The notes beneath the pieces were generated by a model, which saw nothing but the letters and a program-made list of their open reading frames with translations, did not search any database and was not told where the DNA came from. Shown piece by piece: positions 1 to 11,900 of a DNA stretch of 64,000 bases. Origin of the DNA: Monocercomonoides exilis PA203 (Eukaryota; Protista; Preaxostyla); contig LSRY02000007.1 of assembly GCA_001643675.2 (NCBI GenBank), positions 868,001-932,000 on the forward strand. The letters run 5' to 3'. The position numbers and the translations under genes are program-made. The stretch's first letter is position 1. Each line of letters starts with the position of its first letter.

Positions 1-3000
1 TTGCTTGTCAGAAATTACATTTTTGGGCAAACAAGAGATATCAGTTTGTGAATGAAGAAGAGAAGAAGCGGAATTTTTCGCATTCGGTGGTGACTGATCA
101 GCCTTTGCTGAGCAGCGAGAATGAATAGATAACGGCCGAGCGAACAAGGCAGATGACGATGGCTTTGGGAAAGACGTAGCCAAATGGGGGATTAATTCAA
201 AAGAAGAAATGGTTGTTGTAGATGTTGTTGCTGGAGATGATGTCAATGAAGAAGAAGAAGGTGGAGAAACATGAATTGAATTTTGTGACTGGTGGCAAAA
301 ATGAGAAGTCCGAGATGGGTTTTGAAATGAAGGAATTGAGTAATTATCTTGGAGTTCATCTGACAGCGAGGCTGGATTTGAAACAAATCTTTGCTTCAAA
401 TATCTTTTTCTGTTATCAGTTTGACTTCGTTTTTCCTCGTAGTAACTGCTATTGTTCACATCTCTCTTAAAATAGCTGTTGTTTTCATTTCCATTGTACA
501 CGCTCGTATGATCCTTTGGACTGCGCTCCAAACGAAAAAGAATGAATTTTCCTTTCGAAAATTGCTTTGGAATATCTGAATTTCTGCGCATGTGAGAAGA
601 AATTGGTGCTTTGACGTCACTTCTTGAAGTGGCACAGTTCTGAGAACTTGATCTACGATTCATTTTTCTGGAATTGATTAATTCTTCTTTCGGTTCTCCA
701 TCATTTGTTGAATTGTGCGATGGAATCAGATCATTGTGGCTGTCAAACCCGGACGTACCAACTTTTTCGTGTGCACTTTGGCTTTCGTCTTCATCAGGAA
801 TAGAAGGCTCTTTCGCTTGAATCAATTGTTCATTGTTAATTGATCTCATTTCATTCTCTATTTTGGAAGTGTATCTTTTTCTCTCCTCTTGCACATTGGC
901 ATCCATTCTGTATACGTTCCCTTCATACACTTCTCCACTCGTGTCCCTCTTTTCTTTTCTAGCTAAGTCAACGTAATGACTTCTCTTAGCATTATTTTCT
1001 TGGTTCTTTGGATTCATCTTACTGGTTGATGATTTCGTTGCAAGCTGGCCATAACGTTCGCCTGTGAAATCAGGTTGGCTTCTATCAAAATGATGTGCGT
1101 GAGCTTTTGAGTGAGGTGGGGCAACAGAAGCTGAAATACCTTTTGGATGCTCAAGATCAGCTAGCTGTACTGAAGCCGCCCTGTCAATGTCAACATCGTC
1201 TTGCAACAATTTTCGTGAATGAAGCAAAGGAGAAATCATTGCATTCACAGATGGTTTCACTTCACCTTTTGAATTGGTTTGGCTTTCGTGTGAGCGAATA
1301 TAAGACAGAAAAGCACGAGCACGTGCGTGATTTATCGGAGAAGAGCGGTCTAAAGAATTAGCAGGAAATACTGAAGATGTACATGGACAAGACACACACG
1401 AAAGTGCAGGCGAAGGCGCTGGGAATGGTTGCGGATAAAACAGAAAAGAAGGCTCAGAAAAGGCCATAGGCGGTGTGTAGATAATCGATCTCTTTCCTTT
1501 TTTGGATTTAACAGAAAAAGAGGTAGATGAAGTGGGGCTATGGCAAGTTTCATTGATGCACTCAACTTGAAAGACCTCAGCAGCATCCAAAGCAGGACTC
1601 TGTTTTGAGTGTCCGTTTGCAAACAGTTTTTGGTACTCGTTTGCCTGTTTGAGTGAGACTGCTTCTGCTGCCATTGCTTTTTTATTGACCGAAGCGACTT
1701 CTCGCCCTGCTGTTTTTAAAGCTATTCGCTTTATTTCTTTCTCATTTTCAACAGTTTCAATAGAATCTGCATATTCACGAGAAAGGTTCGAATTTTTCAT
1801 CCGTTCCAGTTTACCAAATGAATGAATGCTTTTTTCAAGTCTTGCCCGGTCAGATTCTTCATTGAAACAGGATTTTCTTGCAGTGTTATTTGTTGAGGCG
1901 GAAAGCAAGTCAGCCGATGCATCAGAGCTCAAATGAGGCAGAGATGAGTAGGACGATGAAGGAGATATTGGAGAAGAGGAAGAGGACGAAGAAGAGGAAG
2001 AAGAGGAAGAAGAAGCGTTAGCTCTGCCTTCATTCCTATTTGCGCTTTGAAAATTGTCATTTTTCGACAGATGAGAAAGCTGGCCAACAGAAATGCTTCC
2101 ACGCGAAGCTAATGCACCAGGAGTCGACACGGAAGAGTAAGAAGCAATCGAACAAGTCGCTTGCGTTGATCCCTTTGCTATTGGCTTCTGGCTGTCAGAT
2201 GGCTTCATGTTTCCTGTTTCTTCTTTCACTGAAGAAGATGCATGACTTGTAGCTAATTTCTCTGCCCTGTTCAATTCAGGAGGCATATTCTCGTGTGGAA
2301 GCAGCTGCGTTATGGGCAAAGATAACGGAAGAGGCTGCTGCAGAGGCACTGCATTGGCCTGTGCTACGTGTGTCGCTGGCACATCTTGCATTCCAGACAC
2401 AGTTGCGCATGGCGTGACAGTGAATGAAGCAGGAATTTGCATCGCAACCGTGTTGTAAAATGAAGAAGTGCTTGGTGAATTCGGATCAGAGCTCGGCGTC
2501 AATGCAATCTCTGATGGTAATGGCTGCATGTTTGCAGATGACGCTGAACTCAATAGCATCTGCTGCATTGGCTGAGGATTCTGCACAGCATCGGGGCTTC
2601 CTGTCTGTATTCTTACACGTTGCAGAGGTTGTATCAATCCCTGTTCTCCCACTGCGCCATAGCTAGATGGTACTAAAAACGAGGAATAATACGTCGATGG
2701 CGATGCTGCCCCACCTGCTTGCAAGGTGAGTGGCTGCGAGGCATAGAACGAGAAAGAGCGGGGTGATTGCGTAATAAAGAAGTTCTGCTGGTTGTCTGTT
2801 GGAGACATCAGCGATGGAACAAAACACGTGGATGCAGTTTGGCCATTGCCGCGCTGAGGGTCCAGTGTAGATTGCATAGAATAATAGTAAGGAGGCATCC
2901 CGTATGAAGAGCACAACGCTCCACTCGTAGTCGATGAAGGAGAAAACGACGCGCGGGAGTTAATCTCGGCAGATTTGGTAGACGGAGAAGGCTGCTGGAT

Positions 3001-5247
3001 AAGCCCCAGTGTTCTTTCAGAGAGAGATGAAGCGAGTGAGACAGCTGTGCAGGAGTCAAGCGGAGATGCAGAGTCTGACAGCGAAGGCAGCGTCGAGCGA
3101 GCAGTCGGGGTGAAAGGCGACGGGGCAGGCGGTGTGAGCAGCTGCTCGAAGGGAACAGGAGAAGGCCTGGAAATGAGCAAGGCAGGCATCCCAGTCTGAG
3201 GAGGGCAGTCAGCAGCTTCGTTTGTGCTTGAGTGTGTAGACAGAGGTGAGTTTGGATGAACAGGTGCAAGAAAGCCGTTCATCTGAAGAGGTAATACAGG
3301 AGTTGAATCACAAGGATTTAACTGAAGATTTGGGAATGGAAGGGAAATGAATGAAGTGGATGCAGGAGTATAAGCTGATGGTGGATGCAGAGGGTTCAGA
3401 GTGTTGCTGATGTGATAGGGCAGTAATTGAGGCATTGGCATGTCATTTGGTCTTGCGGGAGGTTTTGGAGAGGTATATGGGTATATGTATGGTTGGGGAG
3501 AAGGAAATGAATTGTGATATAAATGCGGATAAGACGAATGCATGGAAAATGATGGAGGCGAATAGGGTAACGCAGCTCCGGAGCCAGATGCTGGCAAAGA
3601 AACAGGTGAACGAACATACGTATTAGAGGAAGAGGCAGAGACAGATACAGATGCGGAGGCGGAGGCTGAGGCTGAGGCTGAGGCTGAGGTAGAGGCAGAA
3701 GAAGGATACTGATTTGAAGGAGTGACAGAAGAAGATGGATGCAAAGCAGGAAATACACTGGAATCCGAAGCAGATGCCTTAAATGCTGCTCTCTTTTGTT
3801 CTGGAGCATCCTGCCCAGACATGAGAACTGAATCTGTTGACGACGAAGGCAACTGCTCAGAAGACTCGTCTTTCTGACTGGAAGAGGTCTCAGATGATGA
3901 AGTGTCTTTGCCTTCAATCAGCGAAGATGCGCAAGAGCATCCTGAGGGTGCTCCTCCTGCGCCTTCTCTCGCACGAGGCGCGGCTGCACTTGGATCAGCC
4001 ACCCACGGCATTTGCAAAGGAAATGTTTCGTTGTCGTAGCAGATGTAAGGCTTTGGCTTGAGGCATGGGTGGGTGAAATCTTGGTCCAGGTAGATATTCT
4101 GGCAGAAGTACATATCCCCATTCGTGTCGTGATAGCCTCTCTTGTAAAAGGAAAGAAGCAGCGAAGAAACCTGAGTTGGCAAGTGAAACAGCGAAAGGTT
4201 GCAGTTCAAAAAATGGAAACAAAAATGTGAAAAAGAAAAAAATAAGCAAAAAATAAACATTATTTTTTCTAAAAATCTCTCAAAAAAGCAGTTATAAAAC
4301 GTTTATTTCCTCTGTCCATTTTTAAAAATTATTTGATTTCAATAAAATATCATACGGAATATTGTCCTTTTTGAATTTCTTCCATCGAAAAAGTGATGAA
4401 TCCGTTGTAGTAGCCCCAAGATTTTTGAGGATTGAGGATGACATCCAGAACGCCTGCATCAACCAAAACAGGTGAAAAATATTGCTTAAGAAGCTCCTTT
4501 GCTTGTGGTGCAACATCCCTTTTGTAAAAATTCTGTATTGTTGGTAAGTTCAAAATGGAATGCTCTAATATAACTTGAGCATCACTTTCGTACAAGGGTT
4601 TTGTGTTCTTTGGCTTGATGTAAAAAGGTACAACTGTCGAACCAATAAAAATGCTTGTCCATAATGTGGATATTTTCACAGGGAATTCACGAAAATTTGA
4701 AAGTTTTTCATGAGCTTTCCTTGCTGCTGCACGGTCACAAAACTCAATGTAGCAAATTGAGCAGTCTGAAGATAATGAAATTCCAATAACTCTTCCAAAA
4801 GAATTGCTACATTAGTGTAAATGAAACAAAATATTTAAGATTAAACGTTTGAAAAATAAAATAGCTCCTTTAGATTATCAAACCTGCAAATAAAGCCGAG
4901 TTTTTGAACCAAGGGAAAAGATAAGCGTCCGTGGATCGCAATTGTTCTATTAAAATAAGGACGTTGAATTTTGCACATGCACTTTTCTACCAACTTTTTT
5001 AAAGAATAGAATAAGTTTGAAATATAAAAAAATTCAAAGAAATCACTTGGCAAACAGCAAAATGAAATTGTTGAATGAATTCTATGCTCTCCTTTTGGCG
5101 AAAATAAACAATCATTGTTCCTGTATTGGTGGAATTAACTTTTTGAAGTGTTATTTTCCGGACGGTTCCTATTTTTGACAAATTTTTTTGAAGAGAATCA
5201 CGTGTGATTGAAAGAGGGACATTCATCAACTTAATAGCATCTATCAT
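1..5247 (-). CDS. Multi-RRM (probably 3 degenerate RRMs) RNA-binding-like protein with a >1300-aa Ser/Pro-rich low-complexity C-terminal region; 3'-partial. Exons 5247-5047, 4993-4884, 4806-4356, 4140-<1
   Basis: Manual splicing at GT..AG introns (4994-5046, 4807-4883, 4141-4355) joins the frames. RRM-like segments: IKLMNVPLSITRDSLQKNLSKIGTVRKITL..GTMIVYF, FGRVIGISLSSDCSICYIEFCDRAAARKAHEKL and KELLKQYFS..WGYYNGFITFS. The frame from 4140 has no stop-terminated ORF in the track, and its last ~90 codons translate openly to base 1. Confidence 0.72.
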
Positions 5248-5939
5248 AATGCATTCATTTCAAAAAGCAATCGGATTAAAAATTAATCAAAAATATGAAA
5301 TGAGTCACGTAAGATAATGGCATCAAACCAACTGCATCTTCTTCACGAAATTGCTCTGATAAAATATTCAATTTAAGTATTATAATAGCAATTACGTGAA
5401 TTCATTCAAACCTTTAATGCACTTTTTATTCATGGCAACGCCTCAAATACCCCAGGGACCTCAGCTATTGAAAGATAGAGTGTCTCTAAATTTTATTATG
5501 GGTGTTTCATAATTTATGATCAGTTGTTTGAGTGTTTTTGAAATTTATTGATTGAATGAAAAAAATTAAAAATAAATAAATAATCGTTGCATCAAGATTT
5601 GTTACAAAAAAATAATATTTATATTCAGTTTGTGATTTATGGATTGAAAAATTCAAAATAAAAACTTCTTTTCTACAATAATAAAACATAAGAAATCGAA
5701 GAAAAATAAAGTTTCATTCATGAAACCACAATAACCAATAGAAATAAAAGTTTATACATTCTATATGCAGCTTTCTTTTAACGCAATTAAAATATTGTTG
5801 AATGAAGATTGTTCTTTGTAATTGAAAACTATTGATAATTGTTGATATGTGTGTTGCAATACGTTTGGGGTAAATAAATGATATAATATCATAAAATTCC
5901 TGAAGTTAAACTGACAGACAACAAGAAATCAGACCAGCC

Positions 5940-8900
5940 TTATCCTTTTGCAGGGGGGTTCTGGTTGGAAGCAGGACGAGGTCTCTCATTTGTCTCAGAA
6001 AACTGAACAGATTTGCCAAATTTTATTCTTTCATTGTCTGCTTCATTGGAGCTTTTGTGTATTGCAGACAGGATATGCGACAGCGCCTGCTGGTGCGAAT
6101 AGAGCGAGAGCGGCTGGGTGATCACATTCGGTCTCATGGCCCCCGTGTTCTGTGTAACAGAAAGCGGATGAGGAGCGAAATTGAATATTTGTGAAGTGGA
6201 TGGAAATGCTCCTTGGTTCATTCTTGCCGTTAAAGCAGAGGGCAAAGCGGAGAGCGGGCTGGGAATCGGAAACGGGTATGACGTGTAAGGCGACGGAGCA
6301 GTGCTGGAGAGTGTGATGATCGACGGGTTGGGCAGCTGACGAGGGTTTGTGGCTGGGGGAAGGAATGGAACAGGCTGTGAGATGTAGTATGTGGGTGGAG
6401 GGCTTGACAGAGGGGGAGAGTGGTCAGGTGGAGGATGGGATAATGACTTGGGGGCAATGGAAGAGGCAGGACGGAATGATAAAGAGGATACGGACTGGGG
6501 AAAAGAAGAAGAGGAAGAAGAGGAAGACGAAGGTGATGAAGAAGACGGTGGAGATGATGAAGCAGAAGAAAGAGAAGGAGAAGAAGACGATGGCGAGGAA
6601 GAATAGGAAGGAGAAGGAGAAGGAGGGTTGTTCTTCACCTTCCACTTTGACATCGACATCAGAATCTCTCTTCTTCTGTCCAGCCCTTCCTCCACGCTCC
6701 TCGCCCCTCTTTCTGCTTTCCCCAAGCCTTCCACACTTCCCCTGCTGCCTCTCCCCATCCTCCGGCTGCCCTGAATGAGGAAGTTGTAGTCCCACTGGTT
6801 CAGCGACTGCGCCAGCTGTGCGACAGACTGCGATCCCTGATCGTCCTTCGATTCGTTCGCATAGAACGCCTCAGAGGAATCATGAAGGACGCTTTCAGCA
6901 ACTTCTCTCTTCTCCTCCTGCAGCATGCAGATACGCTCTTCCACGCTGTCCTTCACCACAATGCGGATCACTTCCACGTCCCGCTTCTGGCCGATGCGGT
7001 GCACTCTATCAACAGCCTGCTCCTCCACAAACGGGTTCCACCACAAGTCCACCAGCACCACGTGGTTGGCGGTGATCAAGTCCAGCCCAACTCCTCCAGC
7101 CCTCAGCGAAGCCAGCAGGATGTAGCAGCGGCGGTTGTTGAACTTCTCCAGGTTGTGCTGCTGCGCCCCAATGCTTTGCCGACCGTCGAAACGGGCGTAT
7201 TCGACGTTGCAGGCAATCAGCAGAGAGGCTAAAATGTCTAAACACGATGTCCATTTGGAGAAAACAACGATTTTCTCGCCGGAGGGAAGCTTTCGGATGT
7301 GATTGAGCAAAGTTGCGAGTTTTGTTGAGGTAAGCAGCTTGCGTTGTTTGTCTTTTGATGTGTTGGACTCTTCCGAGGTGTTTGATGATGATGATGAATT
7401 GGTATTTTGTGAAGAAGAAGATGAGGAAGAAGCAGAAGAAGAAGAAGAAGTTGTTGAAGAAGTTGTAGAAGCAGCAGATGTTGATGAAATAGAAGCAGAA
7501 GCAAACAATGATATGGATTTAGATTCAGAAGGCTGTGCCGATGCATTCTTTGCAGATAACGATAATTTGTCAGAGAATAACGTTGTTTGCACCAATTTCG
7601 GTTGTTTCTTTTCTCCACCCACTGAATAATCAGCATCTCCATATATCTTCTTCAGCTCTGAGATGCCCAAAAGCTCCCTTCCTTCCTTCGAAGCAACCAT
7701 CAAATAGATCGCATGAAGAAGTGCAAGTGAACAACTCGCATTCTTCTTCAGCGTCTTCCCACAAACAGGACAATTAAACGACATCGACAGCTTCTTCATT
7801 TTGGCATCTTTTTGCTTTGCAATCACTTTCATCACGTCTGATTCAAGAAACCCTTCCAAGTCATTCATGTTGTCCTTCTCTTCTTTCTCGTCTTTCTTCT
7901 GATCTGCCTGCTCTTTCTCCAGCGTTGTTCCATTTGATGCATTTTTCACGTTGTTTTTCGAATTTTCTTGCTTTCCTTTCCTTTTTTCCTTTTTCTTCTT
8001 CTCCTTCTGCTCTTTCTCCTCCTTCATTGCCCTCGCCGCTTTCCTTATCTCTTCTCTCGTCGTCATTTCGCCCCACAGCCGCTCGTCATTCGTTTTCTCC
8101 TCTCTCGCCATGTATTCGTGCAGGCACTTCCTACAGAAGACATGGCCACATGGAGTGCACAGCGGATCCTCTGCCCAGTTCAAGCACAGAGAACAATAGC
8201 GCGCAAACAGGAAATACAGCTCCTTTGGAATCGACAGCTCTTTCAGAGAGAATTGCTTGGGAGTGTCATAAGTCAATTTGATGGATGATGGAGTTACTGT
8301 TGATAAAGGTATTAATTGTGAAGGGGCAGAGACACCTGGAGGTGATGAAGAGGATGAACTTGTGATTTCCTTTTCATCAGATTTCGTCATATCTTTCATT
8401 TCATTGTCTGCATTTGAAGATGGTTGTATAGATTTCCCTTGCTCTTCCTTCGAAACTTGAGAATCTTTCTGAGATTCAGTCGAAGCAGCATTCGATGAAG
8501 AAGAGAATACAGGAAATGATTCAGTTGTTTGAGAAGGCAATTCTTGTTGTGCTTGCTTCAAAAACGGCTTCAGACTGGGATGAACCGATGTGCTGTCGCT
8601 GTCATCTGTGGAAGCATCGCCAGGTGTGGAGACAACAGGAATCCGGCTCATCAGGTACATCGAAGAAGGCTTGTGCTCTTTCTTCTCCTGCGGCGACAGA
8701 GAGGAAAGAGAGGGATCTTCGTCTATCACAATCACTTCGGGTTCTTTTGGTGCTTTTTCTGGTTCGGAATCGTTATCATCATCGTCATCATCATCATCAG
8801 AAGAAGAAGATGATGATGATGATTTGCTTTTGGATTTGTCTTTTTCATTTCCATGTTTTTTCTCATCATCTTGCTTTCCCCCTTCTTCTTCTTCTTCTTC

Positions 8901-11900
8901 TTCTTCTTCTCCTGATTCGTTTTTGTTTTCTTCATTGTTTGTATTGATATCTGGCGACTGAATAGAAGTGTCTGCGAAATGATACTTGGGAGAAGGAGAA
9001 GGAGAAGGTGAAAGAGACAAAGATGGCGAAGGAATCATATCTGGAGAAAGGCAAGATGAAGGAGAAGGTGATGGTGTAAGCGAAGGAGAAGGAGGAAATG
9101 AAACAGGAAATGAAGAAGAGGAGGAGGAAGAGGAAGAAGAAGAAGAGGCAGATGGTTGTTGAAAAAAGATAGGAGTAGGATTGGTAGAAATGGCTGTTAA
9201 TGGCGATATATCATCCTTTGAGAAGTCATACGTTTCAGCTTCATTGTCTTCGATCTCATTTTTGATTATTTTTATTTTCCTTTTTTTGTTTTTCTTTCTT
9301 TTTGAGCGTATAGTCGTGTATGAATCATCATCCTCGTCATCTTCTTCGTCTTCATCGTCTTCATCATCATCGTCGTCTTCTTCTTCTTCCTCATCACCAT
9401 CTTCTTCTTCTTCAACTAAATCATCTTTGATGTCTTCCAATTCATAGCTTGTCGAACCTTCGTGTGGTGACTCGCCTTCGTCTTCTTCTGACTTCTCATA
9501 ATAACTGCTGTCATCTGAAGAGTTTTCTGTTGTTGATTCTTCTTCTCCCTCCTCTTCCTCTTCTTCCTCCTCCTCTTCTTCTTCTTCTTCTTCCTTCCTC
9601 TTCTTCCTTCCTCCCTTTCCTTTTGACACTTGATTCTTTGCTCTAATTCTATTCTTTTTCTTCTCTTCCACTTTCTTATTCGCATTCCGCAGATTTCTTG
9701 TGTAACTTTCAGATTCGTCTGAACTGTCAGAAATGACAATAAGCTCATTCATCTTGTCATCTTTTGCTGTTTCATTCACTTCTTTCTTTCCTTTCGCTTT
9801 CTCCTTCTCTTTCTCTTTCTCCTTCTCCTGCTCCTTTCCTTTCTTCTCTTTCTCTTTCTCTTTCTCTTTTCTCTTCTTCTTTCCTTTATCTTTTTCTTCG
9901 CTTTTATCTGAAGCATCTTCTTCTTCTTCATCTTCTTCTTCCTCTTCCTCTTCGTCATTGCTATCGTCATCACTTTCAATCACTCTTTTCTTTTTGCCCT
10001 CAGACACAATCTTCATCTTCCTCTGGTTTCTTCTCCATTTCCCTTCTTTAAACGAAATCACTTTCTCTTCTTCTTCTTCTTCTTCTTCTTCTTCTTTCTT
10101 TTTATTCTTTTCGCGTTTTGCATCTTTGTTCGTCTCTTTTCTTTGTAGTTTTTTAGAATCAGTCTCATTTTTTTTAGATTTTTCTTTCTTTCTAATTCTA
10201 AGAGAAGGAGATGAGGAAGAGGAAGAAGAGGAAGAAGATGATGATGACGATGACAATGAATCAATGTCGTTCATCTTTTTCATCTTTTTGAACGGTTTTC
10301 TTTTTTCCTTCGCTTTTTGCTGCTCTTTTCTGAAGTTTCTAAGCACTCTTTGATAAATTGATGTTCCCTTGTTGCTTTCATCATCATCATCATCTTCTTC
10401 TTCTTCTTCTTCTTCTTCTTCATCGCTATCATCACTTTCTTCTTCATCATCATCACTTTCATCATCATTGCTTTCTCTTTCTTCTTTCTTCTTATCTTCT
10501 TTTTCTACTCCTTTTCCTTTTTTCTTCTTTGAATTTTTGCTATCCAATTCTTCTTTCATTCTATTTTTCTTTTCCTTTTTGCCATTTTCTTTGTTTTCTG
10601 CAATTTTTATTCCTTTTTTGCAACCTTTTTTCTTGGTGTCTTTTTCATCTTTTTCTTTGTTATTTCCAGCTTCTTCTACCAAATCGTTCTCTTCCACTGT
10701 AAATTCTTCACTTTTTTCTTCATCCTTTTTAGTTTTACGTTTTGTATCTGATGTTTCTTTCTTTTCCTTTGAAATTTTCTGTTTTCCATTCAAAGATGAA
10801 AGCAATGAATGTGTTTGGGAAGAAGAAGATGATGATGATGATGGTGATGAAGTTAAATGTGAAGTGTTTTCAGCTATTTGAAGGGTAGTTGGAATATCTT
10901 GTTGAGGAGAAGATGAAGAAGAAGGTGAAGAGGAAGAAGAAGGTGATGTGGAAGAAGAAGATGATGATGCAGTTAATGGAGACGAAGACAATGAAGAAGA
11001 AGAAGTAGAAGAAGACGATGAAGATGAAGATAAATGTTGTTCTTCAGACAAAACATTCAGATGTGATGCTGTTTCATTTTGAAATGTGTCATTTTGCATA
11101 TCATTTGAATGTTCAGGCGAAGAGTCTTGTTTCTTTGCCTTGAAAAATGAAGTGATTTGCTGCTGAATCTTCCTTTTTGCAGGAGAGGGCTTCTCATTTT
11201 CTGCTTCTTGTTCTAAAGAAAGAAGAGAAGGAGATGAAGATGAAGAGGAGGAAGTGGAGGAGGAAGAGGAAGGAGAAGAAGAAGAAGAAGAAGAATGAGA
11301 AGATGTTGGTGATGCCTTTGATGAAATTGTCAATGGTTCAAATGTTGATGACAAAGAAAAAGTAGAAGGGAGAGAAGAAGGAGAAGAAGCAATGTTATGT
11401 TTATGAAATGGAGAAGGAGGCTGAGAATGTGACGGAGAAGAAGGTATTCGAAATGAAGGAGGAGAATTTGAAGAAGAAGGAGATAGCGTTTGAAGTGGGG
11501 AAGAAGTTAAAAGTTGATCTATTTCTGGAAATGGTAATGAAGAAGAGGAAGAAGAAGAAGGCATTTTTGGAGTTGTTTCAATCGATGGAAGTGGAGATGG
11601 TTGCTGCTCCAATGAAAGATCGCCTCCTTCTGCTTCAACATTATCACTGTTTTTTGGTGATTTTTCGTTGGTTTCTTCTTTTCCCTCTTCTTTTATTTCT
11701 TCTTTTTCTTCTTTTTCTCTATCAACTTTATCTTTTTTATTTTCTTTTTCTTTTTCATTGTGTGTAAATTCTTCCTTTTTGTCTGTTTTTTCATCATCTG
11801 TCTCTAGTTCTTGTTCGGTTAGACCATCGTTGTACATCTCACTCTCTTCTGTGCTGCTTTCATCATCATCTTCATCCTCTTCATCGTCATCTTCTTCTTT

